A stretch of 64,000 bases of DNA from the human T2T-CHM13v2.0 reference genome, Homo sapiens, in contig CP086569.2 in assembly GCA_009914755.4 (NCBI GenBank), forward strand, positions 8,352,001-8,416,000, read 5' to 3'. The first letter of the stretch is position 1; every line of letters begins with the position of its first letter. This document shows positions 49,915 through 61,674 of this stretch, piece by piece. The notes under the pieces were generated by a model, which saw only the letters and a list, made by a program, of their open reading frames with translations, did no database searches and was not told where the DNA came from. The position numbers and the translations under genes were made by a program.

Positions 49915-50974
49915 GTGAAGGTGCAGGACCCCATCCACCTCTCACCAGCTTATATCCTCACCTTTATCTGATGATATGGCTACTCAAACTCTCTGTCCTA
50001 AAAAGATATCTGAAGATGATGGAGGAGTGCCCCTTCACCAAGTGAAGATCATGCTCGGCTAGGAACCGAAAATGAAGTAAATTCAAGGGGCCCTATGGAC
50101 AGAATTGCTAGTGTTTCTCCATATAAAAAAACTCAAGGCTTGCCTAAGAGAATGAGTTGACTTTTGCTGGAGTCCAAGCAATGTTCAAAAACTCCTGTCA
50201 GAGGACCCAAAAGCCTTCCGCAAAGTGCAAACAACTTCATCCTCCAGAATGAGACCAAGGCCCACAACCAGAAATGCAGCCAGCCTACCCAAAGTGCATT
50301 TTGCTCCCTAAAATCAGTAACAGCCAAAAGATTTGTGGTGAGTGGCAGTCACGTCCAGCAATGGCCCAATTAAAGATACCCTCCACAATGAGAAAGGTCT
50401 TGCAGTTGAAATGATACAGACTGTAAATTACCAGGCGAAAGCCAGACAATTCTGCATGCTTCTCATCCTACAGTAAACATGCAGCCCTCCAAAAGAATTG
50501 GGAGAACAAGAGTTTCCTTGTTGGCATCTGTAATGGGAATTTATTGTTTTAAAAGTATTACAGATTCCCAGTCATTAAATCGTGATAGTGTTTAGAAGGA
50601 AACACATGCAAACCATTCCTATGAGGGTTGTCATCCATGAACTGGGAAGCATTTATTATGAAAGACATTGAACCAGGCCTAGGAAACTCTACGCCAACAA
50701 GGAACACGAAAGTCGGGAAAAGAAGAGGCAAGTGTGGAGTCCACATGCCCTCCAGGATCAATGCATCCCACTTTTTTTTTTCTCTCCAGGTACAAAAGCC
50801 CTCCAATTGGGAGTTTTCCAGGATGGTCCAAGTTTGCACTACCAATGTTCCCTGCACATTGAAGTACTCCCACCTGAACACTGGGCCATGGTGTTGATGG
50901 CTTGTGTAATTAAGGGAATGCAAATATGCAGTTGGAAGCACCTTCTGTGTAATCTGTCTTCACCATTTTTACAG
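49915..50974 (+). repeat. Unit U18 (deleted variant, ~1.06 kb)
   Basis: Exon-like module, then ~50 bp, then a jump (~50105) to ..aactcaaggcttgcctaagagaatgagttgacttttgctggagtccaagcaatgttc.., the last ~0.9 kb of a unit. About 1.4 kb is missing. Confidence 0.65.
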
Positions 50975-52010
50975 GTGAATGTGTGGTTCCCCATCCACTG
51001 CTCACCAGATTGTATCTTCCCACCAATCTGATCTTATTGCTGCTAGCACTCTCTGTCCTAGAATAAAATCCTGATAGAGGCTAGCCCCATTATAATGAAA
51101 AGCACCTGCTTGGCTGAGAATCAAATTTGAAGTAAATGCAAGTGGCCTGTGGACAGGACTGTTACTGTCTCTCCCTGGGTATGCTTCAGAACATGAAACA
51201 CTTGGGGATGTCTGTTCTTCAGTGTGGTTTTCTCTTCTTTTTTCTAGAAGAGTGTTTCTGTTTGTTTGTTTGTGTGTTTGTTTTTTCCCAAGGGGGCCAT
51301 AATTTGATTTTGACATGTTTCAGCCACCCTCCCAATTCACTGCAGATTCATGATCCACAAAAAAATAAAGAACACGGAGTCCTGCAGACCAAGCAGGGCC
51401 ACACAGAGAGGCCACCAAAAGTTTGGGAGATTCAAAACTAAGAAGCACTGCAGTGCAATAGCCATATTCCTTTAAGCAGATTCCACTTACAGGCACACAC
51501 ACAAACACATGCACATACAAAGCCACACCAACACTCCCAACACTCCCACAGAAACACAGCCCGAGAGCTTCTGAGGCTGTGTTGTTCTGCCAGAAGCCCC
51601 ACTTGGAAGAGAACAACTCTAGGGAACACAGGTCGGCTGAACCTAGAAATCATAGTGGAATAAGTTTCAAAAAGATTAACTGATACAATGTCTAGGCAGG
51701 CCTGAGGCCTTTTGCAGGTCCTTTTTGATCCTTAGAGATTTCACACTTTATTCCCGGGGCTCTGCTTGATGTTTCTTCAGGCTGTCTTGCACCCAGCATC
51801 AATCTATTGCAATTTTATTTGGCTATAGCTATGAAAGCCCTAAAATCAGGAGTTTGCCAGGATAACCCCAATTTGCACTCCAAATGTTCCTTACACGTTG
51901 GAATACTCCCACCTGAAAACTGGGCCATGGTGTGGTCTATATGTGCTATTAAGGGAATGCAGAAATGGAGTTGGAAGCACATTCTGTGTGATCTGTCTTT
52001 TTTTTTTCAG
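50975..52010 (+). repeat. Unit U19 (deleted variant, ~1.04 kb)
   Basis: Colinear with the consensus for ~805 bp to ..gtttcttcaggctg (~51785). It then jumps to ..cacccagcatcaatctattgc.., ~230 bp before the unit end. About 1.35-1.4 kb is missing. Confidence 0.65.
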
Positions 52011-54489
52011 CTGAAGTTGCAGGACCCCATCTACCCCTCACCAGATTGTATCCCCACTTTTATCTTATTGCTGCTGCCTTATCACTGCTGACACTCTATG
52101 TCCTATGGTGAAATCCCACAGACAATGGAAAGTGCCCCTCATGACCTGAAGCAACTGCTTGGCTGAGAACCGAATTCAAGGTAAATTCAAAAGGCCCTGT
52201 AAACAAGACTGCTAGAGTGTTCCCTGGGTTTCCCTCAGGACAATGAATCTCTGGGAGAAGTCTGATTTTTGGTGTGGTGTGCTCCTCTTCTTTCTAGAAG
52301 AGTGGCTTTTTTTTTGCATGGGGAGGTGATTGGATGCCAGCATGCCTTAGCCTGCCTCCCAATTCACTGTGAATTTATGATCCACAGAAAAATAAAGAAC
52401 ACTGAGCCCAGCATCTCAAGCAGAGCCACACAGACAGGCCACCAAAAGTTTGGAGTCTCAAAAAAAAAGAAGGGCTGAAGTTCATTATCCACATTCCTTT
52501 AAGCAGACTCTACTTACAGGCACACATAGACATACACACAGACACAAAAACCCACAAAGCCACACACACATGCAAACATCCAATACTCACAACTCTGTCA
52601 CAGACACACACAGCCCTGCACTTCTTGAGGCTTCATGGTTCTGCAGGAAGCCCCACCTGGAAGAGAGCAACCCTGGAGAACACAGGCATTATATGTACCT
52701 ATGAATCACAGGCCAAGTTTCAAAAAGAGTCACCCCTACAACATCTAGGCAGGCCTGACGGAACCTGCAGATCCTTTTGGATCCTTATGGATTTTGCTGC
52801 TTAATCCTAGGGCTGTGCTTGAGGTTTCTTCAGGCTGGCTCATGTCTATGCTTTCCTAGGATCATGGGACTATGTCGAGGATTCCAAAGAGAAGACAGGT
52901 GAGAGTCCTCCGCAGACCCTCCCCCACAGAGGTCTCCTATTCCACCAATCCACAGGGACTTGAGCTAGGCAAAGATGACATTCATTGTAATGCTTGATAT
53001 AGCTCACAATTAAGCCTGGTGCCCTGAGATTAGGACATGGGCATTCTTGAGGCGGTCTCAGGCACCTGCCTGTAACAGCTGCCAGCCTGCCTAAGCAGAG
53101 GCAAATAGTACAGCCAGAGCCAACCTGGTATCAGGAAAAGGCTGCCTGTGAAAACCCACTGCGGGATCTTAAAAGTCTGGACCTCAGGGCCCTTTTGGTG
53201 TGTCTCCATTGTCATGTTTTGCTGGAGGAGGAGGGGTTTTCAGACTGTGAGGTGGTCGCTGAAAACTGCTCTTCTGACTCAATTCCTGAAAAAGGCCGTG
53301 TGCAAGAATCAGGTCCCATTGAGACTGGAATACTGTCTGGTTTGTTTTTGATGGTTCCTTGCGTGATAGAATCATATCTGAGACCCCAGAGGTGGGTGTC
53401 AGTGAAAATGGCCAGGACCTTTAACTCACTTCCTCCCTTCATTCTATGCCTCCCAGGGGCACTTTGGGAAAGGCAGGAACCATGAAAGAGGCAAGTCCAA
53501 GGTGGATCAGTGTTCCCACACTTCGGACTCACTGCTCAAGACTGAGATGAGGTTGAGACAGTGTCTCTGAGGTAGTCTGTGGTGATGGCAATCCTGAAAA
53601 AGGTGTCCACTAGTGCTGTTGAGGGGCACAGTGGATTCCCCATGAAAACAAACAAACAAAATCAAGGGTTTCCTGAGAGAACGAGCTTCCTTGTGATAGA
53701 GTCAAAGCAATGTTCAATTATTCCTGTAAGGGGACCCAACACCCTCCAGCAAAGTTCAAACCACCTCATCCCCCACAACCAGAAAACCACCCACAACCTA
53801 AAGCACAGCCAGGCTACCCAAAGTCAATTTTGCTCTCTTAAATAGTTAGCAGCTAAATAATCTTTGGCAAAGGGCAGTCCCACCCAGCAAAAGCCCAATG
53901 AAAAACACCATCCACAATGAGGAGGCTGTGCAGATAAAATAAAATAGAGGATAGACTGCCAGCCAAAAGCTAGACATGGCTGTCTGTTTCTCATCCTACA
54001 GAAATCATGCAGCACTCTGATAGAAGTGGGAGAACAAGAGTTTCCTTGCTCATGGCTGTAATGGGAATTTACTGTAGCTTCTAAGTCATTAAAACGTGAC
54101 AGTGTTTAGAAGGAAACACTCATGGAATGGATTTCCATGAGGGTATTTCTTCATGAACTGGGAAACATTTTGTGTGGAAGTCCTTGAGACAGAAGCAGAA
54201 AATTCTAGGCCAGTAAAGTACATGGACATCAAAAAAAGAAGAGGTAAACATGGAGGTCCATATCCTACACAGCATCAAGCCATTCCACTCACATTTGTCT
54301 CCGAGTATGAAAGCCCTCAAAGAAGGAGTATGCCATTATATCCCCAATTAGCACTCCAGATGTTCCTTGGACATTGGAGTACTCCCATCTGAACACCAGG
54401 CCAAGGCATGGACTGAATGTGTAATTAAGGGAATGCAGGGATGGAGTTAGAAGCACCTTCTATGTCATCTGTCTTCATTTTTATTTCAG
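52011..54489 (+). repeat. Unit U20 (~2479 bp)
   Basis: Boundary ..ctttttttttttcag|CTGAAGTTGCAGGACCCCATCTACCCCTCACCAG. Confidence 0.65.
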
Positions 54490-54973
54490 GTGAAGTTGTG
54501 GGATCCCATCCTCTCCTCACCATTGTATCCTCACCCATAACTGACCTTACTGCTACTCACACTCTATGTTCCAGGATGAAATTCCAAGATGATGGAGGAG
54601 TGCCCTCCCATGACATGAAGCACCTCCTCAGCTGGCAACCGAATTTGAGATAAATATGGACAGTACTGCTAGTACTTTTACCTGCGTTGGCCACAGGACA
54701 ATGAAACACTGGAAGATGTCTGGTTTTGTGTGTTGTGCTCCTTCTTTCTAGAGGAGTGTTTTTTTTTTGCAGGGGTAGGTTATTTGGACACCAGCGAGAC
54801 TTTGTAAGCCTCCCAATTCACTTCAAATTCATGATCCACAGAAAAATAAAGAACAAGGAGCCTCATAGCACAATCAGAGCCACACAGAAAAGCCGTCAAA
54901 AGGGTTTAAGACTCATAAAAAGTAACGCCTAAGTGGGTGAGCTACATTTCTTTAAGTAGACTCCACTTATAGG

Positions 54974-54975
54974 CA

Positions 54976-55008
<33 letters not shown>

Positions 55009-55738
55009 CATAAACCCTCAGTGCTGCACACACATGCAGACATCCAAAACTTGCAACACTCACAGAAACACACAACCAGGCAGCTTCTGAGGCTGCATAA
55101 TTTGGCAGAGAGCCCCACCTCGGAAAGAGCAACCCCAAGGAAAACAGGCAGGCTGTGCTTATCAATCACAGTGGGGAAAGTTTCAACAACACCTCAACAA
55201 CATCTAGGCACTTCTGAATAATCCTGCGAACATTTTTGGATGCTTAGGGATTTTGCGGTTTATTCCTGGAGCTGTGCTTGAGGTTTATTCAGGCTGGCTC
55301 CCATCTGCCCTCTCCTAGGATTATGGAAATATCCCATGGATCCCACAGAAAAGACAAGCAAGTCACTACACACATCCACAGTGCTCTCCTTCATTGACAA
55401 GCTTCAGGAACTTGTCGGGAGGCAATGGTGACATTCATTGTGACCTTAGCCAGAGCTCACAATCAACCATGGTGCACTGAGACTAGCTCATGCACATTCA
55501 TCAGGCAGATTCAGGCACCTGGCTGTCAGAGCTGTCAGCCTTCCTCAGTAGAGGAAAATGCTACAGTCGGCACTGGCCTGGTATCAGGAAAATAGATGCC
55601 TGCAAAAACCCACTGTGGGACCCTAAAAGTCTTGACCTCAGGTCCCCTTTGTGCTGTCTCTGTTGTCAGGATCCACTAAAGGAGGAAGTGTATCAAGACT
55701 CTGAGGTGGTCTGTGGAAACTGCTCTTCTGTCTCCATT
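54974..55738 (+). repeat. Inverted duplication, arm A (source orientation)
   Basis: Spans the unit's (AC)n tract through ..ggaaactgctcttctgtctccatt. The reverse complement recurs at 56134-56898. Spot-checked stretches differ by ~1 mismatch per 100 nt. The ORF-track peptides 55490..55792(+) and 56113..56379(-) differ by a single residue. Confidence 0.85.
54979..55007 (+). repeat. (AC)n microsatellite, ~14 repeats (inside inverted-duplication arm A)
   Basis: acacacacacacacacacacacacacaca. Confidence 0.9.
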
Positions 55739-56133
55739 TTTGAAAGGCTGTGTGCAATAATTGGGTCCTGTGGAGATTGGAGTATAGTCTGAATTATTGT
55801 TGAGGGTTCTTTGGGTGATAGAATCATACCTGAAACCCCAGGGGCTTGTGTCAGTGAAAGATGACCAGGCCCTTGAACTCACTGCCTCCCTTTATCCTGG
55901 GCCTCCCATGGACTCTCTGGGAAGGGCAGGAGCCACAATAAAGGCTAGTCAAATGTGGAGCATTGTTCTCACCCCTCAGACTGGCCTCTCACTGGTGAAG
56001 ATGTGGTTCAGACAGTGTCTCAGAGGCCATCTGTGGTGATGGCAAGCCTAAAAACGGTGTCCAGTAGTGGTGTTAAGGGGCACTGCGGATTGTCCATGAA
56101 AGCAAAGAAAAATTAAGGCTTGCCTGAGAGAAT

Positions 56134-56859
56134 GGAGACAGAAGAGCAGTTTCCACAGACCACCTCAGAGTCTTGATACACTTCCTCCTTTAGTGGATCC
56201 TGACAACAGAGACAGCACAAAGGGGACCTGAGGTCAAGACTTTTAGGGTCCCACAGTGGGTTTTTGCAGGCATCTATTTTCCTGATACCAGGCCAGTGCT
56301 GACTGTAGCATTTTCCTCTACTGAGGAAGGCTGACAGCTCTGACAGCCAGGTGCCTGAATCTGCCTGATGAATGTGCATGAGCTAGTCTCAGTGCACCAT
56401 GGTTGATTGTGAGCTCTGGCTAAGGTCACAATGAATGTCACCATTGCCTCCCGACAAGTTCCTGCAGCTTTTCAATGAAGGAGACCACTGTGGAGGTGTG
56501 TAGTGACTTGCCTGTCTTTTCTGTGGGATCCATGGGATATTTCCATAATCCTAGGAGAGGGCAGATGGGAGCCAGCCTGAATAAACCTCAAGCACAGCTC
56601 CAGGAATAAACCGCAAAATCCCTAAGGATCCAAAAATGTTCGCAGGATTTTTCAGAAGTGCCTAGATGTTGGTGAGGTGTTTTTGAAACTTTCCCCACTG
56701 TGATTGATAAGCACAGCCTGCCTGTTTTCCTTGGGGTTGCTCTTTCTGAGGTGGGGCTCTCTGCCAAATTATGCAGCCTCAGAAGCTGCCTGGTTGTGTG
56801 TTTCTGTGAGTGTTCAAGTTTTGGATGTCTGCATGTGTGTGCAGCACTGAGGGTTTATG

Positions 56860-56892
<33 letters not shown>

Positions 56893-56898
56893 TGTGAA
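56134..56898 (-). repeat. Inverted duplication, arm B (reverse complement of arm A)
   Basis: Starts ..gagacagaagagcagtttccacagaccacctcagagtcttgatacacttcc.. and ends ..gggtttatgttg(TG)n tttgtgtg. The spacer between arms (55739-56133, ~395 bp) is ordinary unit sequence in + orientation. Confidence 0.85.
56859..56889 (+). repeat. (TG)n microsatellite (mirror copy of the 54979-55007 (AC)n, inside arm B)
   Basis: tgtgtgtgtgtgtgtgtgtgtgtgtgtgtg. Confidence 0.9.
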
Positions 56899-57668
56899 TG
56901 CTGGAGTCAAAGCAATGTTCAAAGATTCCTGTCAGAGGACCCCAAAACCTCCTGCAAATTGCAAGCAACCTCAGCCCCCAAAACGAGACCATGAACCACA
57001 AACTTAAGTGCAGCCAGGCTCCCTGATGTCCCTTTTGCTGTCTGAAATCCCTGTCAGATAAATAATCTGTGGTGAAAGGCAATCCCATCCAGCAGTGGCT
57101 CAATGAAAGAGCACCTCCACAATGAGAAGGTCATGCAGATGAAATGAAACAGAGGCTAGATTACCAGGTAAAAACCCACGCACATCCACTTGCTTCTCAT
57201 CCTGCAATAATTATTCAGCCCTCCAATAGAAATGGGAGAACAAGAGTTTTCTTGTTGGAAGCTGTAATGGGAATTTACCATTTTAAAATTATCAAAGCTG
57301 CCCAGTCATTAAACATGAAAATGTTTAGAAGGAAAATATCCCCCAGTGGATTCCTATGATGGTCATTCTCCATGAACTGGGAAATGTTTAGTGTGGAAGT
57401 CATTGAGCCAGACACAAGAAACCCTAGACCACTGAGGAACATGGAAATCAGGAAATGAAGAGGGAAGTGTGGAGGTCACATCACATCCAGCATCAATTCA
57501 TTCCACTCCCATTTGGCTCCTGGTATGAAAGCTTTCAAATCAGGAGTTTGCCAGGATGGTCCCAATTTGCACACCAAATGTTCCTTACACGTTGGAGTAC
57601 TCCCATATGAACATATGGGGATAGAGTTGGAAGCAACTTCTGTTTCATTTGTCTTCATTTGCTTGCAG

Positions 57669-58176
57669 GTGAAGATGTGGTACCATATCCACCACTCACC
57701 AGATTGTATCCTCACCCCTATCTGACCTGATTGCTACTCACAATCTATCTCCCAGGATGAAATCCCAAGAAAATAGAGGAGTAACCCCTCTTGATGTGAA
57801 GCACCTGCTTGACTGGCAATTGAATTTCAGGTAAATTCAAGGGGAGCTGGGGACAGGATTACAAGTGTCTCTCCCTGATTTGGCCTGAGGACAACACTGA
57901 GAGATGTCTGTTTTTTGGTGTGGTGTGCTCCTCTTCTTCCTAGAAGGATGCTTTTTTTTTCTTTTTTGAAGGGGAATAATTTAGATGCTGGCAGATCTTG
58001 GCCAGCCTCTGAATTCATGGCAGATTCACAATTTACAGAAAATTAAAGAACACGAAGCCCCACTGCTGAAGCAGAGCTTCACAGAGAGGCCACTGAAATG
58101 CTGGGGAACTAAAAAATAATAATAATAATCATTAAAGTGCATTAGCCAAATTCCTTTAACCTGACTGCACTTATGG

Positions 58177-58207
<31 letters not shown>

Positions 58208-58519
58208 ATGCCACACACAAAAGCAGATATCCAACACTCACAACACTCCCAGACAAACACACAGTCCAGCTGCTTCTGAGGCTGCTTGTTTCTGCAGGAT
58301 GCCCCATTTGGGAGAGAGAAACCCCAGGGAATGGGGAGCACAGGCAGGCTTGTTCCTAAAAATCTCAGAGGGACAAATTTCAAAAAGGCTCACCCTTAAA
58401 ATGTCTATGTGCTTGCTCATGTCTGTCCTCTCATAGGATCACGAGACTATCACATGGATCCCACAGAGAAGACAGGCAAGAATTCATAGCCAACGAACCT
58501 CCACAAAGGTCTTTTTCTC
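57669..58519 (+). repeat. Unit U22a (truncated variant, ~0.85 kb)
   Basis: A normal start, with a ~110 bp deletion around 58385-58400 (..caaatttcaaaaaggctcacccttaaaatgtctatgtgcttgctcatgtctgtcc..). At ~58500 (..ggtctttttctccaccaatc|ccaagatgaggaagaagtgcccc..) it joins directly into the middle of the next exon-like module. Confidence 0.6.
58177..58200 (+). repeat. (AC)n microsatellite
   Basis: acacacacacacacacacacacac. Confidence 0.9.
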
Positions 58520-61514
58520 CACCAATCCCAAGATGAGGAAGAAGTGCCCCATCATGACATGAAACACATGCTTGGCTGGGAACTGAATTTGAGGTAAATT
58601 CAGGGGCCCTGCAGACAGGACTGCTAGTGTCTCTTTCTTGGTTTACTGCAGGAAAATGAAACACTAAGAGATATCTGTTTGTTGGTATGGTGTGATCCTC
58701 TTCTTTCTAGAAATGTGTATTTTTTTTCCCAGGGTTGTTAACCTTGAAGCCAGCAGGTCTTGGCCAGCCTCCAATTTCACTGCAGATTCATGATCCACAG
58801 AAAAATAAAAAACATGGAGTCCAGCAGCCCAAGAAGAGGCACACAGAGAGGCCACCACAACTTTGGGAGACATAAAAAAAAAGAAGTGCTGCAATGCATT
58901 AGCCATATTTATTTAAGCAGACTCCACTTACCAGCACACACACACAAACACAAAATAGCACACACGCATGCATACATCCAACACTCACAACCCTCCCACT
59001 AAAACACACAGCCCAGTAGCTCCTGAGGCTGTGTGGTTTTGTAGGAAGCCCCATCTGAAAGACAGCAAGGAACAGAAGCAGGCTGTACCTAAAAATCACA
59101 GTAAGGCAAGTTTCAAAAAGACTCACACTTAAAACATCTAGGGAGGACTCAGGAATCCTGCAGATGCTTCTGGATCCTGAGGGGTTTCCCAGTTTATTCC
59201 TGGGCTCTGCTTGAGGTTTCTTCAGATTGGCTCAGGTCTGACCTCTCAGAGGATCACGCGACTAACTGATGAATCCCAAAGAGAAGACAGGTGAGAGTCC
59301 ACAGCCGATGAACCTCCACAAAGGTCTCCTCTGCCAAGCTGCAGGGACTTGTCGCTAGGCAATGGTGACATTCATTGTGATGCCAGCCAGAGCTAACAGT
59401 CAAGCCTGATGTTCTGAGGCTAGCTCATGGACATTCTTGAGGCAAGATCTTGTGCCCGGCCTTAAGAGCTGTCAGCCTGCCTAGGCAGAGGAAAATGATA
59501 CAGACAGAGCCAGCCAAGTTGGGAAAATGGATGCCTTTGAAAACCCATGGTGGACCTTAAAAGTATCAACCTCAGGGCCCATTCGGGCCATCTCCATATT
59601 TGGGTCACGCTGGAGGAGGAGGCATTTCAAGACAGTAAGATGGTCGCTGGAGACTGCTCTTCAAATTCCATTCCTAAATGAGAATGCGTGTATGCAAGAA
59701 TCCAGTATAATGGGGATTGGAATACAGTTGGCAAGTTTCAAAAAGCCTCACCCCTACAACGTCTAGGAAGGTTTGAGGAATTTTGCAGACCTTTTGGTAT
59801 CTTTAGGGATTTTGCAGTTTATTCCTGTGGCTCTGCTTGATGTTTCTTCTGTCTAGCTCACGTCTGTCCTCTCTTAGGATCATAGGACTATCTCGTGGAT
59901 CTCACAGAGAAAAGAGGTGAGAGTCTGCTGCTGACACACCTCCACAGAGGTCTCTTTCTCCACCAAGCCACAGGGACTTGTGGTTAGGCAAAGGTGACAT
60001 TCATTTTGAAGCTAGCCAGAGTTCACAATCAGGCCTGATGCCCTGAGACTATCATATGTGCATTTGTGAAGCAGACTGGGGTGCCAGACTATCAGCGTCC
60101 TCAGCCCACCTAATGGCACAGGCAGGGCTGGCCAGGTATCCAGAAAAAGGCTGCCTGTGAAAACCCACTGTGAGACCCTAAAAGTCTCGACCTCAAAGTT
60201 TCTTCTTGCCATCTGCATGGTTGGGTCCCACTGGAGGAAGAGGCATTTCCAGACTGTGAGTTAGTTGGTGGAAACTGTTCTTCTAACTTCATTCCCAAAA
60301 GAGGCTGTGTGCAAGAATCAAGTCACTTGGGTATTGGAATATACTCTGGTGTATTGTTGAGGGTTCTTTGGGGGAAAGAATCATACCTGAGACTCCAGAG
60401 GTCGGTGTCAGTGAAAGATGGCTGGACTCTAGATCTCAGTGCCTCCCTTCATCCTGGGCCTCACAGGGCTCTCTGGGACAGACAGGAACCATGACAAAGG
60501 AAAGTGCATGAAGCAGCAGTGTTCTTGCACCTTGGACCTTCCACTCATGGGTGCAGGTGAGGATCAGTCAGTGTCTCAGAGGCTGTCTGTGGTGATGGCA
60601 AGCCTGAAAAGGGTGTCTAGTACCACTATTTAGGGTCACTGTGGATTCCACCATGAAACAAAACAAAACAAAACAAAATTCATGGCTCACATGACAGAAT
60701 GAGCTCCCTCATGCTGAAGTTTAAGCAATGTTCAATGATTCTTGTCAGAGGGCCCAAAAGCCTCCTGCAAAGTGAAAAAACCTCAGTCCCCACAATGAGA
60801 CAATTACCCACAACCTGGAAGACAGTCAGTTTACCCGAAGTCCCTTTTGCTGTGTGAAGTCCTTGGCAGCTAAATAATTTGTGATGAGAGGCAGTCCCAT
60901 CCAGCAACGTCCAAATGAAGAGTCCCACACAATGAAAAGGTTATGCAGATGAAATAAAACTGAGGCTAGATTACCAAGCAAATCCAGACACAGCTGTCCG
61001 CTTCTCATCCTCCAGGAATCATGTGGCATTCCAATAGAAGTGGGAGAACAAGACTTTCCCTTTTGGTGGCAGTGATGGGAATTTACTGTTTTAAAAGTAC
61101 CAAAGCTGCAGTTATTAAAACATGAGAGTGTTTAGAATGAAACATTCATGCAACGGATTTCCATGAGGGTCATTCTCCATGAACAGAGAACCATTTAGTG
61201 TGGAACTCGTTAAGCCAGACCCAGGAAACCCTAGGCTGATGAGGAACATAAAAGTCAAAAAAGAAAAGGCAAGTGTGGAGGCCACATCCTACCCAACATC
61301 AATCCATTACACTCCCCATTTTGCTCTGGGTATGAAAGCCCTCAAATCTGGAGTTGGCCAGGATGGTCTCAATTGGCACTCCGAATGTTTCTTGTCTATT
61401 GGAGTACTCTTATCTGAGCACCAGGCAATGGCGTTCACTGCTTGTGAAATATATGGAATGAGGGGATATATTTGGAAGCACCTTCTGTGTCATCTGTCTT
61501 CATGTTTTTTGCAG
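58520..61514 (+). repeat. Unit U22b (hybrid unit, ~3.0 kb, with a ~620 bp internal direct duplication)
   Basis: The segment from ..gcaagtttcaaaaagactcac.. to ..ggggattggaatacagttg (59100-59725) is followed by a second, ~15 percent diverged copy of the same segment (59726-60350). Confidence 0.6.
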
Positions 61515-61674
61515 GTGAAGTTGTGGGACACCATCACCCCTCACCAGATTGTGTCCTCTCCCCATCTGACCCTATTGCTGTTCACACTCCATGTCCCAGG
61601 ACAAAATCACAAGATGATGGAGGTCTTCCCTCTCATGATATGAAGCACCTACTCAGCAGGGAACCAAATTTGAG
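61515..61674 (+). other. Exon-like module (example 2)
   Basis: ..catgttttttgcag|GTGAAGTTGTGGGACACC...GGGAACCAAATTTGAG|gtaaattcaatggg. The AG is retained in ~21 of 24 copies and the GT in ~19 of 24. That is about what overall unit divergence alone predicts. Confidence 0.3.

Larger units (their letters stand above)
54490..57668 (+). repeat. Unit U21 (~3.18 kb; carries a ~765 bp inverted duplication of its own upstream segment)
   Basis: A normal unit, except that 56134-56898 is the reverse complement of 54974-55738. It is inserted at ..gcctgagagaatg^..ctggagtcaaagcaatgttc.., with ~12 bp of consensus (agctgccttgtg) lost at the junction. Confidence 0.8.

Noticed and set aside
55490-56379. Two almost identical 88-100 aa ORFs on opposite strands (55490..55792 + and 56113..56379 -), which could be mistaken for a duplicated divergent gene pair
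   Set aside because: They are the two arms of the inverted duplication of noncoding repeat sequence. The identity reflects DNA duplication, not a conserved protein.
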